Counted from the first letter of the stretch, positions 7,432 to 23,374 are shown. The stretch: DNA of 64,000 nucleotides from Acidobacteriota bacterium (GCA_026707545.1 JAPOWR010000006.1:86927-150926), one strand, 5' to 3'. Made by a program: numbers and translations. The notes: generated by a model from the sequence alone, not told the origin.

Positions 7432-9762
7432 CTACCGGAACAGCCTGTTCTCACTCCAGGCCGTTACCTCGCCAGCCGTGCAAGCGTCAGCAGACAGACA
7501 GTACGTCCACCTGCCTGGGGCCAGCTCGTTCACCACGTACTCGTCATCTTCCACGCGAATCTGCCATGAACCGTTGACTGTAAGGAGGTGGTCCGTACTC
7601 CACTGAACACCACCGGGCGACACGATCGATCCGCTGCTTGTACGGGGCACCCTCAGGCTGCCCCGCAGATTCTGAAGCTCCACCTGAATCGGACCCTGAT
7701 TCAAGTCGAACCGCCAAGCGACCATCCCCATCCCGCGCTTGCGGACCACGACGTCCATCGCACGGCTCTCGAGTGGTAGCCATAACTCGACCGTTCCATC
7801 CGCTCTCGTGTTTCCTACGCTGATCGCGCGACTCAAGCCAACCGGCTTCGCCAGCACATGGGCGCTGTCCACCGGAACGCCGCCGAACGATCGAACCGAC
7901 ATGGTGACGCGCTGTTGTTCCTCCAGGCGCAGGTCAACTGGTGTCACTTTGCGGGACTCGCCGACCCTCGCAGTGACCCCACGTGTTCGAAGCTCGCGAC
8001 CTCCGATCGTAGCGAGTGCCTCAACCTTGTAGGCCCCCTCGGGAACTCCTATGACCCGATACTCGCCTTCAGCGTCTGACGTGGCCCGCCAAAGGCCGGG
8101 CACGACGCGAGTGCCACCTTCGCTCTCCGACTCAAGCGGTATGACGGTGATCCGGGCCCCCAGAACCCGTTCAGATGCTCCGCTTGTCCGGTCCGTCCGC
8201 AACACACGACCCTCGATTCCTCCCGCTGGCAACTCGATTTCCACACGGGCCACACCGTCGTTGTCCGCTTCGACTTCGAAGAAGCCTGCCTCCACGACGG
8301 AATCCAGCACAACGCGATCCCATCCGCCTTCGCACGGCTTGCAGTCCGGCGATGGACTGACCTCCACGAACCAGTCTCCCCTGCGGGGCAACCAGCCTTC
8401 GAAGAAACCGCCTTCAGCGCTGCGCATCGCGGTCCTCTCCCGGCCCGAGGCACCGCCGAACCAGACGACCACGCCCTCGAGAGGTTCGTCGCCCCGCCGA
8501 ATCTCCCCTACCACCGGTATCGCGTCCATTTCGACGATGACACGGTCGGAGCCACGGAACTCGATCGGCTCGCGAGCCAGGCGGTTGCCCATTTCGTCGC
8601 CGATCTGAAGCTCCCAGGAGCCTGGCGAAAGGCCGCTCCAGGTCCATTCGCCGGCGTCGTGAGACCCGGCTTCCAGCGTGCGGCCCCGCCGATAAACGGA
8701 GCCGTCTTCCGCGCGCGTGACGCCTTGCAGCTCCATGGTCAGGGCCTCCGTCTCCACGAAGAATGGCGTTGCGAGCGCCACGACCAGCCGAGTGTCCGCG
8801 GGCGAATAGAGGTCTCCAAGATCGACAGTGTCATGCAGAGAACCAATCGCGACTGTCCAGGTCTCGCTGGACCCGATCCGACGCAGTTCGTACTCTCCGG
8901 GCTGAAGTCCGCCGAACCCGAAGGACCCGAAGCTGTCTGTCCAGGCCGAACGAGAGAAGGTCTGGTACCCGTACTTGCTCCGCAAGGCGAAGCGGCTCGC
9001 CTCGTTTCTCTCGTCGTCCAGGAAACGTCCGACAAGCGAACCGCCTCGAACCGCCTCGACCAAGGTAGGCGTCATGCCCGCTGCAACGCTCACGTCCGAT
9101 TGCCGGAACGGGACGAACGGGCCGAGCAGGACTTCGAGGGCCGCAACAGGGCCCAGGGCAAAGGGACAGAGCACGGCTACCGCCACCTCTTCCGGGGCTC
9201 GCTCAAGCTGGCAGCTGCCCCGATGGATGCCCGGATCCAGAAGCGCTCCCGCGGCCTTCGAGCCGCGGCTGACCCCGCCCAGGATGACCACGTCGCGGGC
9301 GTCCAGCTCGTCGATGCCGCGGTCGGCTCCGGCCAGCTCGAGACGAACCATGCCGGCGGGAGCCAGAACCAGGTTCAACTCTGTTTGATCCGTAGAGACA
9401 AGGGTACGGGGTCCCCACCATCCATCCGCAGTGGCTGACACTTCCCAAGTCTGGCCGACTGCGGGCAAGGGAACCTCGGCAAGCAGATCTGCCACGGCGC
9501 CTTCGGTTTCGGCTGAAGCGGATGCAAGGTGCGTCCCCGTCGCGGCCTCCAGGAAGCCCACCCGGACCTCGGCTGGAAATCGGGTATCTACTGCCCCCAG
9601 CACGTCTACGCGAAGCTTCACCCTCGCGGTCTCGGGTTGCTGGCCATGGAGTGCCTCCGCAACCGGGAGAGCGAGCGTCACCGCAACAGCGCCAACGCCC
9701 GCAGACCAGCGATCCCTAGAGATGAGGAAACGCCGGCTTCGCTGGCTGAAGAGACTCAGCAT
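7432..9762 (-). CDS. Large secreted protein with several CarboxypepD_reg-like beta-sandwich repeats
   Basis: ORF 7432..9789. ATG at 9762 gives a TGATG overlap with the upstream small gene; ATG 9789 is the alternative. There is an N-terminal hydrophobic signal-like segment. Repeated units match the G.V.D..G.P..GA.V......D..G.Y.....PG.Y pattern, for example GRVLRTD...LGARITV...SDAEGEYRVIGVPEGAYKVEA. Confidence 0.7.
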   Translation of the reverse strand: MLSLFSQRSRRFLISRDRWSAGVGAVAVTLALPVAEALHGQQPETARVKLRVDVLGAVDTRFPAEVRVGFLEAATGTHLASASAETEGAVADLLAEVPLPAVGQTWEVSATADGWWGPRTLVSTDQTELNLVLAPAGMVRLELAGADRGIDELDARDVVILGGVSRGSKAAGALLDPGIHRGSCQLERAPEEVAVAVLCPFALGPVAALEVLLGPFVPFRQSDVSVAAGMTPTLVEAVRGGSLVGRFLDDERNEASRFALRSKYGYQTFSRSAWTDSFGSFGFGGLQPGEYELRRIGSSETWTVAIGSLHDTVDLGDLYSPADTRLVVALATPFFVETEALTMELQGVTRAEDGSVYRRGRTLEAGSHDAGEWTWSGLSPGSWELQIGDEMGNRLAREPIEFRGSDRVIVEMDAIPVVGEIRRGDEPLEGVVVWFGGASGRERTAMRSAEGGFFEGWLPRRGDWFVEVSPSPDCKPCEGGWDRVVLDSVVEAGFFEVEADNDGVARVEIELPAGGIEGRVLRTDRTSGASERVLGARITVIPLESESEGGTRVVPGLWRATSDAEGEYRVIGVPEGAYKVEALATIGGRELRTRGVTARVGESRKVTPVDLRLEEQQRVTMSVRSFGGVPVDSAHVLAKPVGLSRAISVGNTRADGTVELWLPLESRAMDVVVRKRGMGMVAWRFDLNQGPIQVELQNLRGSLRVPRTSSGSIVSPGGVQWSTDHLLTVNGSWQIRVEDDEYVVNELAPGRWTYCLSADACTAGEVTAWSENRLFR

Positions 9763-10001
9763 CAATACTCCGGCGCTCCAAAGTTGCATTCCGGAGCTAA
9801 CTCCTCCTCACAGCGGATCGTCCTGCTTCCGTCCGGGTGGACAATGATCGTCCTGAAACATCTGACGCCCGCACTGGCGCTACCCGAAGGGCACCAACCA
9901 TCATCCGAGCACGATCCACACGTGGCGAAGGCTGGCGCACCGCCCCACAGCAGCGCGAAGAACAGTACGCTCAGCAACGTGCCTCGAAGTAGTCTCTTCA
10001 T
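9762..10001 (-). CDS. Small secreted cysteine-rich protein (79 aa precursor, 6 Cys in the predicted mature part)
   Basis: ATG 10001 has a canonical RBS (AAAGGAG, 8-nt spacer). Sec-type signal MKRLLRGTLLSVLFFALLWGGAPAFA. Predicted mature part TCGSCSDDGWCPSGSASAGVRCFRTIIVHPDGSRTIRCEEELAPECNFGAPEY. I recognise no family. Confidence 0.6.
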   Translation of the reverse strand: MKRLLRGTLLSVLFFALLWGGAPAFATCGSCSDDGWCPSGSASAGVRCFRTIIVHPDGSRTIRCEEELAPECNFGAPEY

Positions 10002-10306
10002 CCCCAATACTCCTTTCCTGGAATCAATGGTCGGGCAAACAGCGCCCGTATGGAACGTGTTCCGCCCGTGGTCGGGACTCAAGACGTGGGGTCGTGGTCC
10101 GACTCAGCCAACGAACACATCCAAGAGGCTAACCAAGGAACCGCCAAGAAACCGGACACGTAGTAGCCAATTCCGGCCAGTTAGCGTCAGAACCGGCCAG
10201 ATCCGAACATCAGGTCGCCTAATGGCCACTCCTGTCGATGGCGCCGGATCAAGAGGAAGCCGGTTGAGCGGCGGTAGAGGCCGACGCGCCAGCTGCTATC
10301 CCGGCT

Positions 10307-11590
10307 TCAGCAACGCCTCAGCAACTGCACGACCGTCTCCAGGTGGGCGGTCTGCGGGAAGATGTCGAAGAAGGTGATCGACTCCAGGTCGAACTTGCGG
10401 GTCAGTTCGCCGAGGTCGCGCGCCAGGGTCGCCGGATCGCAGGACACGTAGGTCAGGCGCGCCGGCGCGGCGCGCAGCAGGGCCCGACGGACCTTGCCGG
10501 GCAGGCCGACGCGGGGAGGGTCGACCAGCACCCGGTCGAGTCCGTCTTCCAGGCCCTCGCCGCCGGCGTGGCCGTCGACCCAGCTCTCGACCGCGGCCCG
10601 CTCGATCCCGCAGTGGCGCAGGCCGTTCAGCCGCAGGTTGTTTCGTGCGTAGCGGGCCGCGACCGACTCGCCTTCGACTGCCGTGACCGAGGCGTAGCGG
10701 TCGGCCAACCCGACCGTGAAGAAACCGACACCGGCGTAGAGGTCGACCGCCGTCTCCCCGCCGAAGGAACCGACGGCCGTCCGCGCCAGGGACTCGAGCA
10801 GCCCCCCATGGGCCTGGAAGAAGGTGCGCGCGTCGTAGGTCAGGCGATGCCCCAGCACCTCGACTTCCAGGGCGCCGCCCGCCTGCCCGGTCAGGGGGGG
10901 CGCCGCGACCACCTGGGCGTCTTCTTCCAGGCCATCGGTGGCCAGGCTAAGGCGGCCCGGCAAAGAACGCCCGGCTTGCGCCGCGTCGTCGAGCATCCGT
11001 GGCAGCTCGGCCAGCCGCGCTTCGAGCGCCGGCGCCAGCACCGGGCAACGGTCGACGCGGACCAGGTCGCGGCTACGACGGCGGCGGAAGCCGACGCCGG
11101 TCGACCCGTCCGCATCCTGTTCGACGTGGACCTGCGCCCGAAGGCGATAGCCCCACTGCCGATCCGCGACCGGTTCTCCGATGTCGCACCTGGCGAGCTG
11201 AGCCGGATCGATGCCGCCCAGCCGGCGCAGCGTCTCCAGGGCGGCGGCCGCCTTGAGTCCGGGCTGCGCGTCGTCGCGGATGTGCTGAAGCTGGCAGCCG
11301 CCGCAGCGCTCGTAGAACGGACACGGAGCTTCCCGCCGAAGCGGACCCGCCGCGATCACCCGCTCGATCTCGGCGCGGGCGTAGTTCGGCCGGCGCTCGG
11401 TGATCCGCGCCAGGACCATGTCGCCCGGCGCCGTCCGCGGCACGAAGATCGGCAGGCCACGCCAACGCGCCAGACCGTCCCCGCCCAGCACGACTTTCTC
11501 GATGCCCAGCTCGAGGCGGCTCACTCCGGCCAGCGCGGCAAGCGTCTCCAGGCGTTCAGCCGAGAGGGACTTCCGGCGAGTCGGCCGCAT
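10307..11590 (-). CDS. rlmD: 23S rRNA (uracil-5-)-methyltransferase, RumA/RlmD family (TRAM + SAM methyltransferase)
   Basis: TRAM-like N-terminus (GDGLARWRGLPIFVPRTAPGDMVLARI), Fe-S Cys cluster CPFYERCGGCQLQH, SAM motif VDLYAGVGFFT and VDPPRVG. Confidence 0.85.
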   Translation of the reverse strand: MRPTRRKSLSAERLETLAALAGVSRLELGIEKVVLGGDGLARWRGLPIFVPRTAPGDMVLARITERRPNYARAEIERVIAAGPLRREAPCPFYERCGGCQLQHIRDDAQPGLKAAAALETLRRLGGIDPAQLARCDIGEPVADRQWGYRLRAQVHVEQDADGSTGVGFRRRRSRDLVRVDRCPVLAPALEARLAELPRMLDDAAQAGRSLPGRLSLATDGLEEDAQVVAAPPLTGQAGGALEVEVLGHRLTYDARTFFQAHGGLLESLARTAVGSFGGETAVDLYAGVGFFTVGLADRYASVTAVEGESVAARYARNNLRLNGLRHCGIERAAVESWVDGHAGGEGLEDGLDRVLVDPPRVGLPGKVRRALLRAAPARLTYVSCDPATLARDLGELTRKFDLESITFFDIFPQTAHLETVVQLLRRC

Positions 11591-11618
11591 CGCCGTTTTC
11601 CCTGTCTCCGACGGGAAC

Positions 11619-11855
11619 CTACTCAGCCTGACCGCCGGTATGGCGCCGGCCGTGAGCCCAGGTCGGATCCCGGCGCGCGAACTCGTCCAGTTCGCTCGGG
11701 ACCTCCACCAGCGTGCGGCTCAGCTCCGGATTGCATACGTCGTTCTCGCACTCGTAGACGTACACGTTCCAGTCATCCCGCCGCCGGTACGCGCACAGAG
11801 TCTGGTACGTGTCGCAGTGCCCGCACTTGATCGAGAGGTTGCGGATGTTGATCAC
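11619..11855 (-). CDS. Small Cys-rich hypothetical protein (78 aa)
   Basis: GTG 11855 is preceded by GAGGAGG 12 nt upstream, in frame with the tail of ORF 11619..12215. VINIRNLSIKCGHCDTYQTLCAYRRRDDWNVYVYECENDVCNPEL carries a CxxC...C...Cx5C pattern suggesting a zinc ribbon. No family recognised. Confidence 0.5.
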   Translation of the reverse strand: MINIRNLSIKCGHCDTYQTLCAYRRRDDWNVYVYECENDVCNPELSRTLVEVPSELDEFARRDPTWAHGRRHTGGQAE

Positions 11856-11896
11856 GGCGCGGACCGGCCTCCTCGAACGCGGCAGCGCCTCCGGCC

Positions 11897-12448
11897 TCAG
11901 CCGGAGAGGGCGGCGCGCGCTTCCTCGATCGCGTTGCGCACGACGCTGGCGCCGGTGAGGCCGATCGAGATGTAGGAGACCTCCCCGAGCGGGTTCAGCA
12001 CCAGGAGGGTCGGCAGGGCGTACAACTCCGCGGTCTGCATCACCTCCGCCTCCGGGTCGAGCAGAACCGGATAGCCGAACGGCTTCTCGTCGACGTGCTT
12101 CTGGACGGTCTCCAGGTCCTCGCCGCTGTTCAGGGCCAGGAACGTGACCCCCTGATCGGCGTACTCGGCATGCAGCTTCTCCAGGATCCTGGCCTGGACG
12201 TCGCATGGCTTGCACCAGGTCGCCCAGACGTCGATCACGACGACCTCGCCGCGCAGATCGGGCGGGCCCAGGCTTCCTCCCTCCAGCGTATCGAGCTGGA
12301 AGCTCGTCAGGATCGGGTCGAGCCCGGCGACCTCAGGCGGCTCGGGCACCGTGGCCAGGTTCCACGCCAGAAAGCCGAGAAGCACGACGAACAGGGCGCC
12401 GAGCGCGGCGAGCCCCGCGAGCAGTCCGATCGCCAGTCGTCTGGTCAC
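11897..12448 (-). CDS. TlpA/ResA-like membrane-anchored thiol:disulfide oxidoreductase (thioredoxin fold)
   Basis: N-terminal TM helix, then VIDVWATWCKPCDVQ (WCxxC thioredoxin motif). 183 aa. Confidence 0.85.
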   Translation of the reverse strand: MTRRLAIGLLAGLAALGALFVVLLGFLAWNLATVPEPPEVAGLDPILTSFQLDTLEGGSLGPPDLRGEVVVIDVWATWCKPCDVQARILEKLHAEYADQGVTFLALNSGEDLETVQKHVDEKPFGYPVLLDPEAEVMQTAELYALPTLLVLNPLGEVSYISIGLTGASVVRNAIEEARAALSG

Positions 12449-12498
12449 GCGGGCAGCTTAGCAGCGCTCGCCGCCGCCGGAACCGACCGCTACGGCTA

Positions 12499-15375
<2,877 letters not shown>

Positions 15376-15479
15376 CTGCTCCTCCCTAACTGACGTCGCT
15401 AAACGTCGGAACTGGTCGTGAATGAGCAACTGTAGCCCAGAATGGTCTCTCCGCGCAAGGAGAATCGCCGCCCGAAACC

Positions 15480-15525
15480 ACACTATGTAGCCACGGCCGG
15501 GACCTCTGACCACTAGATATGGACG
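15480..15525. promoter_or_regulatory. Two candidate NrdR boxes upstream of nrdJ
   Basis: 15510-15525 (ccaCtAgATaTgGacg) matches 10 of 16 positions of the palindromic NrdR consensus as I recall it (acaCwAtATaTwGtgt). 15480-15495 (acaCtAtgTagccacg) matches the left half only. The boxes start 30 bp apart, 105-150 bp upstream of the nrdJ start. Confidence 0.35.
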
Positions 15526-15621
15526 TTCATGCGTCTATAGCTGTACACCGATCCATGCGGAGCGGGTTCGGAAAGAAGCCGCAGATCCTGCGGATTAGGA
15601 GCGGCGATAAGCTCCCTTCCC

Positions 15622-17180
<1,559 letters not shown>

Positions 17181-17184
<4 letters not shown>

Positions 17185-17456
17185 AGTCGGCCTACGAGAG
17201 GGCGCTCGAGAAGCTCGAGAGCAGGGGCATCGCCGCGCCCCAGGAGGACGCGCTGGACGAGGAACAGCGCCGGCTCATCGAGGATCAACGGAGTCGCCAC
17301 CAGGCGAAGCTCGCCGAACTCGAGATCCTCCACAAGAAGAACCTGTCCACCGATCCGGCCAAGCGGGCCCAGGAAGAAGAGAACTTCCGCGCCGAGAAGC
17401 AACGTCTCGCCGGGCGGCTCGAACGCGAGATCGGGCGGATTCGCCGCGGCGACTGA
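17181..17456 (+). CDS. Hypothetical charged coiled-coil protein (91 aa)
   Basis: GTG 17181 overlaps the mutase stop (GTGA). The protein is K/E/R-rich (VKSAYERALEKLESRG...AELEILHKKNL...FRAEKQRLAGRLEREIGRIRRGD). It has strong GC3 codon bias like neighbouring genes. No family recognised. Confidence 0.5.
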
Positions 17457-17462
17457 ACGCGC

Positions 17463-20684
<3,222 letters not shown>

Positions 20685-20980
20685 GAGCGCGCGGAGTGTA
20701 TCTGCAACCGCGGGACGGGAATTCGTGGAAATCTCACCCTCGGAGTAAACACTTTGGCCTCGAGTACCGTATAGTTCTCATAGAGGCGGCACCGAGTCGC
20801 CGGCACAGTGTCAATCGACTTTGGGCCCCGGCTCCCGTGTCGTCACCCACCGGGTTGCGACTGGACCGCGTCCGCGGCCAGCGGAACTGCAACCCACCAC
20901 CCGGACATCGTCCGGACCTGCCTCAAACCTTCAGACCTCCGGGTCGGGCGGCCACGGCCTTCCGACACGCGATTCACCAG

Positions 20981-21008
20981 GGAGGGGTTGCTTTCACGCA
21001 ACCCCTCC
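20981..21008 (-). terminator. Stem-loop downstream of the lolC/E-like gene (possible intrinsic terminator without a U-tract)
   Basis: GGAGGGGTTGC-tttcac-GCAACCCCTCC forms a perfect 11-bp stem 43 nt after the stop at 21051. There is no clear U-run on the minus-strand transcript. Confidence 0.4.
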
Positions 21009-21050
21009 TTCCAATTGAGCTTCCCGACCGGCGCCCCGGCGTTGCCGCGC

Positions 21051-22277
21051 CTACTCCCAGCGCAGGGCACGCGCCGGTTCGACCGCCGCTCCCAGCCTCG
21101 CCGGCCACCAGCAGGCGAGCGCCGTCACCAGCAGGCTAAAGCCGGCCACCGCCAGCAGATCCAGGGTCCGCACGTCGAAGGGAACGCTGCTGATGAAGTA
21201 GATCTCCGCCACGCCCGGATCGAACCGCACGAGTTCGTAGCGCGTGATGATCACGCTGATCAGGGCGCCAAGGCCCAGACCGAGAGCCGTTCCCACGACG
21301 CCCAGGCTCATCCCGCCGAGCAGGAACACTCGCCGCACCCGCCGGGGTCCGAGACCCAGGGCGGCAAGCACCGCCGTGTCCCTTCCCCGCTCCCGAACCA
21401 GGACGACCAGTGCCGACGCGATGTTGAACGTCGACACGAGGACGATCAGGCCCAGGATGAGGAACAGACCCCACTTCTGCAGCCGGAAGGCGGCGAAGAT
21501 GCCGCGGTTGCTGAGACGCCAGTCGGTCACCAGCGCCTCCGCGCCCACGAGTTCCTCGATCCTCTCCTGCACGGCGGACACCGAGGCCCCGGGTGCCGTA
21601 GCCACCTCGATGACCACCTGGCCTCCGCCGAGAGCGACAGCCGTTTCACGGTGGACGACGGCGTAGCCGCGGTCGTACTCGGAGAAGCCGGTCTCGAAGG
21701 CGCCGGCGATCCGGAGGGTGCGGAAGGCGAACTGGGGACCGGAAGAAGCCGGGGGGAGGATCGCCGTCAGGCTCACCCGGTCACCTTCCGACACGCCCAG
21801 CGCGCGCTGCAGTTCACGGCCCACGACGATCGCATCGGTCCCGGCATCGTCACGCGCGAGCTGATCCTCGCTGGCGCCGAACGACGAGGCGCCGGGCAGG
21901 ACGCCGCGCGTGACGACATCGACGCCCGCCCGATTGCCGCCGCCGGAAAGCAGACCCTGACCAGCCACGGTCACGGCGACCGTTCGGGTGCCCGGCACGG
22001 TCCGCAGACGTTCGGCGAGCCCGTCCGCGGCCACCGGGTCCAGAGCGGCGTCGCCGAGCGGCTGGACGAGGAGCGGGCCCGCCTCGAGCAGCCGGGTCCG
22101 GACGCTGTCGCTGTAGCCGCTCATCAGGGCCATCGAGATGACCATGGAAGCCACACCCAGCGCCGTCGAGCCGAGAGCGGAGCGCGCCGTCCCGCTCAGC
22201 AGCCGGCTGCGCGCGCCGAACAGGTAGCGCGCGGCGATCCACCAGACCACCCTGCCACCGTCCGCCCCCTTGTTCAC
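21051..22277 (-). CDS. LolC/LolE-like ABC transporter permease (MacB-type periplasmic domain + FtsX)
   Basis: N-terminal IAARYLFGARSRLLS motif, large periplasmic loop and C-terminal FtsX-like 3-TM bundle. GTGA overlap with the carA stop. No cognate ATPase is adjacent. Confidence 0.8.
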   Translation of the reverse strand: MNKGADGGRVVWWIAARYLFGARSRLLSGTARSALGSTALGVASMVISMALMSGYSDSVRTRLLEAGPLLVQPLGDAALDPVAADGLAERLRTVPGTRTVAVTVAGQGLLSGGGNRAGVDVVTRGVLPGASSFGASEDQLARDDAGTDAIVVGRELQRALGVSEGDRVSLTAILPPASSGPQFAFRTLRIAGAFETGFSEYDRGYAVVHRETAVALGGGQVVIEVATAPGASVSAVQERIEELVGAEALVTDWRLSNRGIFAAFRLQKWGLFLILGLIVLVSTFNIASALVVLVRERGRDTAVLAALGLGPRRVRRVFLLGGMSLGVVGTALGLGLGALISVIITRYELVRFDPGVAEIYFISSVPFDVRTLDLLAVAGFSLLVTALACWWPARLGAAVEPARALRWE

Positions 22278-23374
22278 AAGGCTTCGTTTCGTGGCCCGGC
22301 CTCCTGGACGCAGACATCCAGGAACTCTCCGAAGAGGCGCGCCGCATCGTGCGGCCCCGGCGCCGCTTCCGGGTGGTACTGGACCGAGAAGATCGGTCGT
22401 CCGACGGCCTTGAACGCCTCGACCGTGCCGTCGTTCAGGTTGACCGCCGCCACCTTGCAGTCGTCGGGAAGGCTGTCCGCGCTCAGGGCGAAGCCGTGGT
22501 TCTGGCTGGTGATCGAGACCTGGCCGGTCTCCTCGTCACGCACCGGCTGGTTGCCGCCGTGGTGGCCGAACTTCAGCTTGAAGGTCTTGCCACCCAGGGC
22601 CAGACCGAGCAGTTGGTGGCCGAGGCAGATGCCGAAGGTGGGCACCCTGGCGTCGACCAGTTCACGCACCTCGCGGACGATCTCGTGGAGCGGCTCGGGA
22701 TCCCCCGGGCCGTTCGACAGCACGACGCCGTCGACGCCCAGCGCCAGACAATCGGCTGCCGGCGTCCGCGCGGGCAGCACCGTCACCCGAGCGCCGTGCC
22801 GGACCAGGGAACGCAGAATGTTCTGCTTGACACCGAAGTCGTAGACGGCCAGCCGGACCTTCTCCTCGCTCTCCGGCTCGATGTCGTACGGAGACTCGCA
22901 GGTGACCTCGTCGACGAGAGCCCGTCCCTCCATCGTCGGCTGCTGGCGAACCTGGTCGATCAGCTCCTCATCGGGACGGTCGCAACTCGTGATCATGCCG
23001 CGCATGGCGCCGAAGTCGCGCAGCCGGCGCACGGCCGCGCGGGTGTCGATGCCCGCCAGGGTCGGAACGCCGTTCGTCTCCAGATAGGCGCCCAGGTCGG
23101 TATCCCCCAGACCGGAGCGGCGGCTGGTGAACTCACGGGCGACGAACCCCTCGACCCAGACCCGGTGCGACTCCTCGGCGCCGTCGTAGGCACCGTAGTT
23201 GCCGATGTGGGGTTGGGTCATGATGACGATCTGCCCCCGGTACGAGGGGTCGGTCAGGATCTCCTGGTAGCCCGTCATCGAGGTGTTGAAGACGATCTCC
23301 GCGAAGCGGCTGCCTTCGACCAGAGCCTCCCCGTGGAAGACGGAGCCGTCCTCGAGAATCAGGCGGCCACTCAC
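22274..23374 (-). CDS. carA: Carbamoyl-phosphate synthase small (glutamine amidotransferase) subunit
   Basis: The GATase triad region GICLGHQLLGLALGG and HHGGNQPV match CarA. 366 aa. Confidence 0.95.
   Translation of the reverse strand: MSGRLILEDGSVFHGEALVEGSRFAEIVFNTSMTGYQEILTDPSYRGQIVIMTQPHIGNYGAYDGAEESHRVWVEGFVAREFTSRRSGLGDTDLGAYLETNGVPTLAGIDTRAAVRRLRDFGAMRGMITSCDRPDEELIDQVRQQPTMEGRALVDEVTCESPYDIEPESEEKVRLAVYDFGVKQNILRSLVRHGARVTVLPARTPAADCLALGVDGVVLSNGPGDPEPLHEIVREVRELVDARVPTFGICLGHQLLGLALGGKTFKLKFGHHGGNQPVRDEETGQVSITSQNHGFALSADSLPDDCKVAAVNLNDGTVEAFKAVGRPIFSVQYHPEAAPGPHDAARLFGEFLDVCVQEAGPRNEAL

Noticed and set aside
10343-11830. 495-aa plus-strand ORF opposite rlmD and the small Cys-rich gene
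   Set aside because: Antisense shadow ORF with low-complexity R/A/G/P composition.
15376-15621. Cobalamin riboswitch upstream of nrdJ or the B12-dependent mutase
   Set aside because: I could not find the conserved B12-box or the multi-stem architecture in this 246-bp region. B12 riboswitches normally repress B12-independent isozymes or uptake/biosynthesis genes, not B12-dependent enzymes. An Infernal scan would settle it.
20685-21050. tRNA, tmRNA or other known RNA gene in the long spacer before carB
   Set aside because: No T-loop (GGTTCGAATCC-like) or D-loop signatures and no cloverleaf could be drawn by eye. Only GC-rich hairpins are present, and the region is reported as an unexplained structured spacer instead.
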